Shown here in pieces: positions 7,082-14,416 of a stretch of DNA of 32,000 nucleotides. The position numbers were made by a program, and so were the translations under genes. The notes beneath the pieces are model-generated. The model had not been told where the DNA came from and did no database searches. It saw only the letters and a list, made by a program, of their open reading frames with translations. The DNA lies in NCBI RefSeq assembly GCF_000406145.1, contig NZ_CM001976.1, positions 4,455,175 through 4,487,174 of the forward strand. The letters run 5' to 3'. The first letter of the stretch is position 1. Every line of letters starts with the position of its first letter. This DNA is from Dickeya dadantii NCPPB 898 (GTDB lineage Bacteria > Pseudomonadota > Gammaproteobacteria > Enterobacterales > Enterobacteriaceae).

Positions 7082-8446
7082 TTACTCGGCCAGCAGACCG
7101 GTGCCATCCGCGTACCGGATCACCTCATCAACTTTCTGCGGCGCGCTGCCGACATAGTTCGCCGGATCCAGCCAGGCATCCAGCGTATCCGCCGTCAGGT
7201 GCTGCGACAGCACCGGATGCTCCAGCAGCAACGCCTTGAACTCGCGGTTCTGTTCGAACGCCGCCATCGAGCATTCATACACCAGGTGATGTGCCGTCTG
7301 TTTGCCGAGCAGTTTGCCGATTTCGAACATCACTTTTTCCGACAGCAGCAGGCCGTTTTGCAAATCCAGATTGGCGCGCATCTGCTTTTCGTTCACCGAC
7401 ATACCACGCAGGATGCCAAGCGCGTTCTGCAACTGCGCCGACAGATAGATGTTGATTTCCGGCAGCGCGATCCACTCCGCGCGCCAGCTCATGGCGTCAC
7501 GTTCGTGTTCGACTTTCATTGATTCGTGGATCAGGGCGGCGCTCTTAAACAGCGGCGCCGTCAGGCTGGCAAGCCCTTCCAGCGCGGCCGGATTGCGTTT
7601 GTGCGGCATGGTAGTAGAGCCGATCTTCCCTTCGGAGAACGGCTCTTCGATTTCGTTGATTTCGGTGCGCATCAGGTTGTACAGCTCGTTGCCGATTTTA
7701 CCGAGCGTACCGCTGATCAGCACCGCCACCGACGCGTATTCCGAGAAACGGTCGCGGGCGGACTGCCAGCCGATATTTGGGGTATTCAAACCCAGACGGG
7801 TCAGGGTATGGCGTTCGATTTCCGGCCCCAGCTCGCCAAAAGAGGCATAGGTGCCGATAGCGCCGTTGATGTTACCTACCAGCACACGCTCACGGATTTC
7901 ATTCAGGCGTTGCAGGTGACGCACAAACTCGTCCAGCCATACCGCCAGCTTGAAACCAAAGGTGGTCGGCAACGCCTGCATGCCGTGGGTACGGCCGGTC
8001 ATCAGCGTATGCTGGTGTTTCTTCGCCAGTCGTTTCAGTTCGATAGCCACCAGACGGGTGTCGCGCACCACGATGTCGAACGCCTGACGCAGCTGTAATA
8101 CCGTGGCGGTATCCACCACATCCTGCGTGGTCACGCCATAATGGATGTACTCGCCGGCTTCGCCGCACTGCCTCTGGATAGCGGCAATGGTCGGCATCAG
8201 AGAATGCTTCATGCGCACCGCATCCTGAGCGATCTCTTCAATATTCAGTGCGCTGGCGTTGGCGTGGGAAGCAATAGTGCTGGCCGCGTCCTGCGGGATG
8301 ACACCCAGATCGCCTTCTGCCAGCGCTAACGCGATTTCCACGTCAACCTGGCGGGTCAGGCGATTCTGCTCTGACCATACGGCGCGCATTTCTGGTGTGC
8401 CAAAGTTATTTCCAATAAGAAGAAAATCAATCAGATGTGATGCCAT
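7082..8446 (-). CDS. Adenylosuccinate-lyase-family (aspartase/fumarase superfamily) lyase, probably not housekeeping PurB
   Basis: 454 aa. It carries the fumarate-lyase signature GSTTMPHKRNP and the conserved HYGVTTQDVVDT and MTGRTHGMQALPTTFG blocks. Its architecture resembles Bacillus-type PurB/PcaB rather than enterobacterial PurB. It is the first gene of the six-gene operon. Confidence 0.85.
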   Translation of the reverse strand: MASHLIDFLLIGNNFGTPEMRAVWSEQNRLTRQVDVEIALALAEGDLGVIPQDAASTIASHANASALNIEEIAQDAVRMKHSLMPTIAAIQRQCGEAGEYIHYGVTTQDVVDTATVLQLRQAFDIVVRDTRLVAIELKRLAKKHQHTLMTGRTHGMQALPTTFGFKLAVWLDEFVRHLQRLNEIRERVLVGNINGAIGTYASFGELGPEIERHTLTRLGLNTPNIGWQSARDRFSEYASVAVLISGTLGKIGNELYNLMRTEINEIEEPFSEGKIGSTTMPHKRNPAALEGLASLTAPLFKSAALIHESMKVEHERDAMSWRAEWIALPEINIYLSAQLQNALGILRGMSVNEKQMRANLDLQNGLLLSEKVMFEIGKLLGKQTAHHLVYECSMAAFEQNREFKALLLEHPVLSQHLTADTLDAWLDPANYVGSAPQKVDEVIRYADGTGLLAE

Positions 8447-8465
8447 AACTCACTCGTTTACATTG

Positions 8466-8494
8466 TAATAATGGGGGAAAGAGAGGCGGGTCAA
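8466..8494 (-). promoter_or_regulatory. Candidate sigma70 promoter of the lyase operon
   Basis: The minus strand has TTGACC (8494-8489), a 17-nt spacer and TTATTA (8471-8466), about 20 nt upstream of the lyase ATG. The -10 element is weak and there is no other support. Confidence 0.3.
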
Positions 8495-8885
8495 GACGAC
8501 GCTGTTGTTTGTTGGCGACTATATCACCGGCGATATTCCCGCCTATATACCCGATCGATATAAGATATTCTTTATTGTTTTATGATTTCGTTGGCAATTA
8601 TTTTCCTGAAAACTATGTAATCAGTCTAACTCCTGATATGCCGTTTGCGATGGCCTGCACCGAATGCGTGCGTCCCCATTACGCCATCTTCGCCGGTAAA
8701 TCAGGATATGGTCATCGCCCCGGCTGGAAGCGCCGGAAGTAAAAGGATTATTTTTCAATCGATTAAACTTAAAGGACTCACCCCGCACTATCCGTTTTCG
8801 GCAATTCTGTCCCTGCCCACGCCAGAGGCGGCGTACTGGCTCAGGAATTGCTTGAATTCATGGGGTTTACTGGCTGGAGGCCAAC

Positions 8886-9866
8886 ATGGAATCTGTCGTT
8901 TTTTCCAGACCGGCAAATGCATCCGCGTCGTTAAGTCATCTGCGCTCATCCAATATTGAAGAGCACGCTGCCGGCATGACCGGCTGGTCATTGCAGTACA
9001 ATCAACTGACACCGGGGAAATTTTCCGGTCGGTTGACGGTCCTGGAGCTGGAGGGCATTCAGTTCGTCCGGGATCGCGTCAATCTGGCGTTATTCAAAAG
9101 CGGCCAGGCCAGAAAAGAGCTGCTGTTCACTTTTCCTCTGCATGCTCCCTGCGCCGATTTTTACTGCGCTGGGCACCAAATCAACCGCCACAGCCTGCTG
9201 GTGGCGCCATCCGCTTCGCTGCCGGATCTGCGCGCGCCGGAACACATTGATTTGTTGGCCATCAGCGTGGACGCAGCCTGCTTTACCACCCTGTTCGACG
9301 ACGCAGATGACCGGGCGTTGAATACGCCGCAGGTATTCCCGCTTAATGACCCTGACAACCTGACCCGCTGGCAAATGCTAAGCGACAGCCTTGACGAAGA
9401 AAGCCGGCGCAACGCGACACTGCTGGACTTCACGGCTATCCGTAAAGGGCTGCGCGATACGCTGTTGATTTCCCTGTCGGATATGGTGGGGCATTCGCAG
9501 GCGCTGAGGCTAACCGGCAGCGCCAAAAAGCGCATCGTGGACCGGGCGCAGGAGTATATGCTGACCCACTGCGAAAACCCGCCCTCGATTCTGGAGCTGT
9601 GCAAACACGCCGGCGCCAGCCGCCGCAAACTTCAGTATTGTTTCCAGGAAACGCTGGGCATCAACCCGGTAAGTTATCTGCGCGTGCTGCGCCTCAATGG
9701 AGTACATCGTGACCTGCTAAAGGGCGCACCTTCGGTGCAAGATGTCGCCTACGGCTGGGGATTCTGGCATCTTAGCCGCTTCGCCAACGACTACCGCCGA
9801 CTGTTTGGCGAACCGCCCTCCGCCACGCTGGCCCGTAGCCGTCACAACTGTGCTAATTTCGGCTAA
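8886..9866 (+). CDS. AraC-family transcriptional regulator (EutR/FeaR-like architecture)
   Basis: 326 aa. The C-terminal dual HTH is typical of AraC/XylS, and the ending WGFWHLSRFANDYRRLFGEPPSATL resembles EutR-type regulators. A GGAGG SD lies 6 nt upstream. Confidence 0.88.
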   Translation: MESVVFSRPANASASLSHLRSSNIEEHAAGMTGWSLQYNQLTPGKFSGRLTVLELEGIQFVRDRVNLALFKSGQARKELLFTFPLHAPCADFYCAGHQINRHSLLVAPSASLPDLRAPEHIDLLAISVDAACFTTLFDDADDRALNTPQVFPLNDPDNLTRWQMLSDSLDEESRRNATLLDFTAIRKGLRDTLLISLSDMVGHSQALRLTGSAKKRIVDRAQEYMLTHCENPPSILELCKHAGASRRKLQYCFQETLGINPVSYLRVLRLNGVHRDLLKGAPSVQDVAYGWGFWHLSRFANDYRRLFGEPPSATLARSRHNCANFG

Positions 9867-9922
9867 CATTGTTTCATCTTCATTACCTACGCTGACCAAC
9901 AACAAATACAGCGAAAAGGAAT

Positions 9923-10867
9923 ATGAAGATGAATTTTCTCAGCAATATCTCGTCATTTATTCGCAATTTATTAATATTTTCGACACTTTCGACAATAATG
10001 ACCGGTGTGGCTCAGGCGGCTGAAAACGGCACCCCCACCACGGCCGCCGGCGTGTATGATTTCGGCACCGGTTTCCTGCCGCTCACCACGGATTTCGGCA
10101 CCTTCGGCTCCCGTATCGCGTTCTATACCGCGCACACCAACCGTGACAACAACGGCAACACGCTCAACGCCCCCTTTTCATTGCAGGTACTATCGATGAG
10201 TCTGGCCTGGATGAAAATGACCGACCAGACGCTACTCGGCGGCCGCTATGGTTTCGGCCTGATCCAGCCGTTCTTCAAAATGGATATCGACATGACGGTG
10301 CCTACGCCGGCAGGCGGGCTGACGCTGCGCGACAACGTATTCCGCGCAGCGGACCTACAAGTCATACCGTTGATTCTCGGCTGGACGCCCGCCCCCAATC
10401 TTGCCATCAATACCCAGTTCCAGATTCAGGCGCCAACCGGCGACTATGACCGCAACCGTCTGGTTTCTCCGGGGCTAAACCACTGGGTTTTCTCTCCCAT
10501 CATCAACGCCACCTATATTACGTCCAGTGGGTTCGAGGTTTCCTCCAGCCTGGAGGTGGATGTCAACACGCAAAATCATGCCACCGATTACCGCAACGGC
10601 GTCGAATACCGCTACGAATATGCGCTGGGGCAACATATCGGTGCCTGGACAGTCGGCGTCGGCGGTTATTACTACAACCAGTTCAGCGACGACAGCAGCC
10701 CGACGCTGACACAGGGTATCCGCTCACGGACCTTCGCCTATGGCCCGGCGGTCAGCTATTTCACCCCCAAAGGTCCGGCAATTTGGGTACACGCCTATAA
10801 GGAAAACTATTCCCGCAACCGCAGCGAAGGCTACACCCTCGCCTTTCGCATCGCACAAAGCTTCTGA
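9923..10867 (+). CDS. Outer-membrane beta-barrel channel (MetA-pathway/phenol-degradation-type transporter family)
   Basis: 314 aa. The signal peptide ends AQA|AE. The mature part has alternating, aromatic-rich beta-strand character, with the motif PTGDYDRNRLVSPGLNHWVFSP and a C-terminal Phe (AQSF). The family assignment is from memory. Confidence 0.75.
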   Translation: MKMNFLSNISSFIRNLLIFSTLSTIMTGVAQAAENGTPTTAAGVYDFGTGFLPLTTDFGTFGSRIAFYTAHTNRDNNGNTLNAPFSLQVLSMSLAWMKMTDQTLLGGRYGFGLIQPFFKMDIDMTVPTPAGGLTLRDNVFRAADLQVIPLILGWTPAPNLAINTQFQIQAPTGDYDRNRLVSPGLNHWVFSPIINATYITSSGFEVSSSLEVDVNTQNHATDYRNGVEYRYEYALGQHIGAWTVGVGGYYYNQFSDDSSPTLTQGIRSRTFAYGPAVSYFTPKGPAIWVHAYKENYSRNRSEGYTLAFRIAQSF

Positions 10868-10880
10868 CGGAGACGCCATC

Positions 10881-12104
10881 ATGCAGTCAATACTGACTAC
10901 CCCGGCCGAAGGACGAATTCCGCGCGCCAGCCGCGAAGGGCTAATACTGATCCTCGGCGGCAGCCTGACCATCATGGGTTCGGTGATGATCGCTGCGGTG
11001 ATGCCGAAGATCGACGCCGAGTTCGGCCCGCGCACACCGGCCGCCGACGTGCTGGTTCCATTGGCTATCACCGGCCCGGCGCTGGCGATGGCGCTGTTTT
11101 CCCCGCTGGTCGGCTGGCTGGCCGACCGTTTCGGCCGCAAAAATTTGCTGATTCTGGCTACTGTGCTGTACGCCGTCACCGGTATGCTGCCGGCATTACT
11201 GGACGACCTCGGCAGCATCGTACTGAGCCGTCTGGTATTCGGTTGCGCTGAAGCCGCCATCATGACCTGTTGCACCACATTGATTGCCGATTACTGGCAC
11301 GGCCAGGAGCGAGGGCGCTTCGTCAATCTACAGGTGGTATCCATCGGGATTGTCGGTGCGTTGTTCTTTGTCATCGGCGGAGCACTCGGCGAGCACAGCT
11401 GGCGCCTGCCTTTTTATCTGTATCTGCTGCCGCTGTTGCTGGTGCCCGCCATGATCGGCGTGCTGTGGGAACCTCAGGTGAAACCGCGCGCCAGACAAAA
11501 ACAACCGGAGGCCGGTCAGCCGACGGTGTCCGGTACCCTGCTGGCCAACTACCTGCTGGTGTCTGGCGGTATGGTGCTGGCGTTTGTGGTGCCGGTGCAA
11601 ACGCCGGCGCTGCTCGTGCAGAAAGGTATCACTTCCAGCACGCTGATCGGGCTGTCCGCCGGACTCGGCCTGCTGGCATCACTTGTCGGTTCGCTGCTGT
11701 GGCCCTGGTTTCGCCATCGTGTGGGGATCGCGGGCGTTAATACTTTACTGCTCACGCTGGAAGGAGTCGGCTTATGGCTGCTGGTGCATGCTGGAGATTA
11801 CCCACAAGTACTGCTGGCGGTGTCCGTGCACGGTATCGGCGTCGGTATGCTGGTCCCCAATACGATGCTGCCGGTCATGAATGCGTTATCCGAGCGGCAT
11901 CGGGGTAAAGGCCTCGGCGTATTTACCGGTTGTCTGTATATCGGGCAATTCATCAGCCCATTGGTTGTCGCCGTCATAGCGAATGTTGCGCACAACATCC
12001 AGGGATCGATCCAATTATTGTCTGTCGCCAGTCTGGCAGGCGCGCTGGCATGGCTGTTCACCGGTCTGAAACGCCAATCCGCCCAGATCGCCAAAGACAA
12101 ATAA
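10881..12104 (+). CDS. MFS transporter
   Basis: I prefer the ATG at 10881, with a GGAG SD 13 nt after the OMP stop, over the track start at 10740, which overlaps the OMP gene. It has about 12 hydrophobic segments and the MFS motif A GWLADRFGRK. Confidence 0.88.
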   Translation: MQSILTTPAEGRIPRASREGLILILGGSLTIMGSVMIAAVMPKIDAEFGPRTPAADVLVPLAITGPALAMALFSPLVGWLADRFGRKNLLILATVLYAVTGMLPALLDDLGSIVLSRLVFGCAEAAIMTCCTTLIADYWHGQERGRFVNLQVVSIGIVGALFFVIGGALGEHSWRLPFYLYLLPLLLVPAMIGVLWEPQVKPRARQKQPEAGQPTVSGTLLANYLLVSGGMVLAFVVPVQTPALLVQKGITSSTLIGLSAGLGLLASLVGSLLWPWFRHRVGIAGVNTLLLTLEGVGLWLLVHAGDYPQVLLAVSVHGIGVGMLVPNTMLPVMNALSERHRGKGLGVFTGCLYIGQFISPLVVAVIANVAHNIQGSIQLLSVASLAGALAWLFTGLKRQSAQIAKDK

Positions 12105-12156
12105 CAGCTGATTATAAAAACCAATTAAAAGAGTCAGATACATAAGGAGGCGTTAC

Positions 12157-13611
12157 GTGAAACACATCCATCAGTTACTGGACACACAGGATGGCGTCGG
12201 GCTGGCCGGTTTGGTGACATGCGGCGAAGTCAAGCCTGCGGAACTGGTTGAAGCCGTGATTGAACGTCTGGAACAAGTCAACCCCAGCCTCAATGCGGTG
12301 GCCGAACCGCTTTACGACAGCGCCCGACACGCCGCCCGCACGATGGAGATCGCTCAGGGCGGCGCGCTGGCAGGCGTTCCTACGCTGGTCAAAGACCTGT
12401 TTACCGCGGTGAAAGAAGCAAGAATGACCAACGGTTCGCTGGCACCGGGCGAAACATATCCCGGACTCGACGATGAAATGATGCGGCGCTATCGCAAAGC
12501 GGGCATCCTGATTGTCGGTACATCTACGTCGCCGGAGTTTGGTTCTTCCTACACCACCGAATCCACCCGCTTCGGCGCCACCCGTAACCCGTGGAATACG
12601 CAACACAGCGCCGGAGGCTCCAGCGGCGGCGCTGGTGCGCTGGTAGCGGCTCGCGTGGTGCCGTTCGCCCACGGCAATGACGGCGGCGGTTCACTGCGGG
12701 TGCCGGCATCCTGCTGCGGCGTCTTCGGGCTGAAACCGACCCGGGGGCGAATGCCAAGCGGGCCGCTGGCAGGCGAAGGCTGGGCAGGGATGGGCGCACC
12801 CCATGCAGTGACGCTCTCGGTACGCGACAGCGCTGCGCTGCTGGATATCGCGTCAGGGGCCGACGCAGGCGCGCCTTACGCCGCGCCATACCAAAGCGAA
12901 CCTTTCATGGCGGCGCTGTCACGCCCTGCCCGCACACTGCGTATCGCGCTGGTCGAACATCTCTCCCCCTGGGTTACCAGCGAACAAGCGCTAAGCGCCG
13001 TCCGGCACACCGCCAGGCTGTGCGAACGCCTGGGCCACCAGGTCGATGTGGCGACGCTCCCGGTGACGGCGGAAAAATTCTTCAGCGATGCCTTTACCAT
13101 TATCAGCGTCAACACGCAGGAATACGTCGATCTGCTCGGCCATATGCGGGGAGCGCCGGTCAGGCCGGAAGAACTGGAGCCCAGAACTCGGGTCATGTTA
13201 CGTGAACGCGGCCGTCAGTCTGGCGTCGAATACGTGGCGGCGGTTAACGCCATGCATGCGCTAGGCCGACAGTTTGCCGGATTCATGCAGGATTATGATC
13301 TGATCCTGACGCCGACGCTGACTCGTGAACCGACGCCGATCGGCACACTGGATGCGTTTGACGATCGGCTCACCGTGGACGATATCATTGAAGGCTTCCA
13401 CCGTTATTGCCCGTTTACCGCGCTATTCAACGCCACCGGACAACCGGCGATGTCAGTGCCGCTTTACTGGACGCCGGGGGGCCTGCCGATCGGCTCTCAT
13501 TTCGCCGCCCGCTTTGGCGACGAAAACACGCTGCTGGCGCTGGCGGCACAGCTGGAGCAGGCGCAACCCTGGGCTGGCCGGGTGCCGCCGGTCAATGCGT
13601 TGTCAACATAA
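12157..13611 (+). CDS. Amidase-signature (AS) family amidase
   Basis: 484 aa with a GTG start 6 nt after a strong TAAGGAGG SD. The amidase signature GGSSGGAGALVAARVVPFAHGNDGGGSLRVPAS is present, as are Ser-cisSer-Lys triad candidates (VKDL Lys, GGSS, GGSLR). Confidence 0.9.
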   Translation: MKHIHQLLDTQDGVGLAGLVTCGEVKPAELVEAVIERLEQVNPSLNAVAEPLYDSARHAARTMEIAQGGALAGVPTLVKDLFTAVKEARMTNGSLAPGETYPGLDDEMMRRYRKAGILIVGTSTSPEFGSSYTTESTRFGATRNPWNTQHSAGGSSGGAGALVAARVVPFAHGNDGGGSLRVPASCCGVFGLKPTRGRMPSGPLAGEGWAGMGAPHAVTLSVRDSAALLDIASGADAGAPYAAPYQSEPFMAALSRPARTLRIALVEHLSPWVTSEQALSAVRHTARLCERLGHQVDVATLPVTAEKFFSDAFTIISVNTQEYVDLLGHMRGAPVRPEELEPRTRVMLRERGRQSGVEYVAAVNAMHALGRQFAGFMQDYDLILTPTLTREPTPIGTLDAFDDRLTVDDIIEGFHRYCPFTALFNATGQPAMSVPLYWTPGGLPIGSHFAARFGDENTLLALAAQLEQAQPWAGRVPPVNALST

Positions 13612-13655
13612 CGCCACGTCAAAAGCGCGTTCGGCTGACTGAGGCTTACTGTTAT

Positions 13656-13683
13656 AAAAAAGACCGCCGGAGCGGTCTTTTTT
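13656..13683. terminator. Bidirectional rho-independent terminator between the amidase and NTF2-like genes
   Basis: AAAAAAGACCGC-CGGA-GCGGTCTTTTTT is a 6-bp GC stem flanked by A6 and T6. It lies between two convergent stops. Confidence 0.8.
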
Positions 13684-13714
13684 ATACACTGCGAACGCCA
13701 CCGCATTCGCATAA

Positions 13715-14050
13715 TTACGCAAAATAGAACCATGCCGTCGCAATCAATCCGTCTTTGACTTCAAACACCGCGATGCTTTCGATCGGTTCAGGTTCTATGC
13801 CGTAAATCTTTTCATGATCAAAAACATGGTTACCCAGCACCGTGCGGGACACCAGCTCGGCTCGCAGCGCCGGGTTATTGAACCGGTGGTCGCGATAGAA
13901 GGTTTCCAGCGCGGCTTTTCCCTCCATGGACGAGTTTTCGGATGGCATGCGGTAAGCCCGGAAGTCGTCGTGGAAACAGGCGACAAAAGCGGTCAGGTCA
14001 TGGGCGTTGTAGGCGGCAAACTGTTTTTCAACCGGATCGATGATTGACAT
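13715..14050 (-). CDS. NTF2/SnoaL-like small protein of unknown function
   Basis: The ORF track gives 13715..14062 (115 aa). I favour the ATG at 14050 because the first codons, ATGGAGAGTGCT, form a GGAGAG SD for it. Its size and alpha+beta cone-type sequence (DLTAFVACFHDDF...) suggest the NTF2-like superfamily. Confidence 0.6.
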   Translation of the reverse strand: MSIIDPVEKQFAAYNAHDLTAFVACFHDDFRAYRMPSENSSMEGKAALETFYRDHRFNNPALRAELVSRTVLGNHVFDHEKIYGIEPEPIESIAVFEVKDGLIATAWFYFA

Positions 14051-14147
14051 AGCACTCTCCATTTAAATGCAATAATCATGAATAAAAATTCAATTCGACG
14101 TAATACACCAGTCAGCGGTGGAAAGCAAATCCGGCGGGAAAAACCAT

Positions 14148-14180
14148 AAAAAAAACGGCAGCCCATTTGGGCTGCCGTTT
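14148..14180 (-). terminator. Rho-independent terminator of the tRNA operon
   Basis: The minus strand reads AAACGGCAGCCC-AAAT-GGGCTGCCGT followed by T8, starting 14 nt after the tRNA-Pro 3' end. Confidence 0.85.
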
Positions 14181-14193
14181 CTTAAGAATAGGA

Positions 14194-14270
14194 TGGTCGG
14201 CGAGAGAGGATTCGAACCTCCGACCCACTGGTCCCAAACCAGTTGCGCTACCAAGCTGCGCTACTCGCCG
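14194..14270 (-). tRNA. proM: tRNA-Pro (anticodon UGG)
   Basis: 77 nt. The reverse complement reads CGGCGAGTAGCGCAGCTTGGTAGCGCAACTGGTTTGGGACCAGTGGGTCGGAGGTTCGAATCCTCTCTCGCCGACCA, identical to E. coli proM as I recall it, and includes the encoded CCA. Confidence 0.95.
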
Positions 14271-14310
14271 ATCCCGATTTAGAACACGTACATTACTGCT
14301 GTTGTTTGTG

Positions 14311-14396
14311 TGGTGCGAAGAGAGGGACTTGAACCCTCACGTCCGAAGGACACTAACACCTGAAGCTAGCGCGTCTACCAATTCCGCCACCTTCGC
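14311..14396 (-). tRNA. leuT: tRNA-Leu (anticodon CAG)
   Basis: 86 nt. The reverse complement starts GCGAAGGTGGCGGAATTGGTAGACGCGCTAGCTTCAGGTGTTAGTGTCC. It has a long variable arm, a TTCAAGTCCC T-arm and an encoded CCA. Confidence 0.93.
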
Positions 14397-14416
14397 CTGT
14401 CACAAACTTTAAAATT

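Noticed and set aside
7082-8446. Calling the lyase housekeeping purB.
   Set aside because: Its sequence does not resemble enterobacterial PurB as recalled, and it sits in a transporter/acyl-transfer operon inside an accessory region. I kept it at the family level, with a hypothesised S-succino lyase role.
8509-8959. Small ORFs in the divergent intergenic region (77 aa with a TTG start; 104 aa; 74 aa on the minus strand).
   Set aside because: They have no SD sites, use non-ATG starts or overlap the AraC gene, and their sequences are not protein-like. The region is better explained as regulatory DNA.
10740-10880. An upstream extension of the MFS ORF (track start at 10740) overlapping the last 128 nt of the OMP gene.
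   Set aside because: The extension has no SD and a non-membrane, Ala/Pro/Arg-rich translation. The ATG at 10881 has a GGAG SD just after the OMP stop and gives a normal MFS N-terminus.
13715-14270. A classical tRNA-integrated genomic island (integrase plus att repeats) next to tRNA-Pro.
   Set aside because: There is no integrase, excisionase or transposase ORF anywhere in 2377-14193. I could not find a second copy of the proM 3' end. The only partial resemblance (TGGTCGG in the GlmZ terminator) is 7 nt and looks coincidental.
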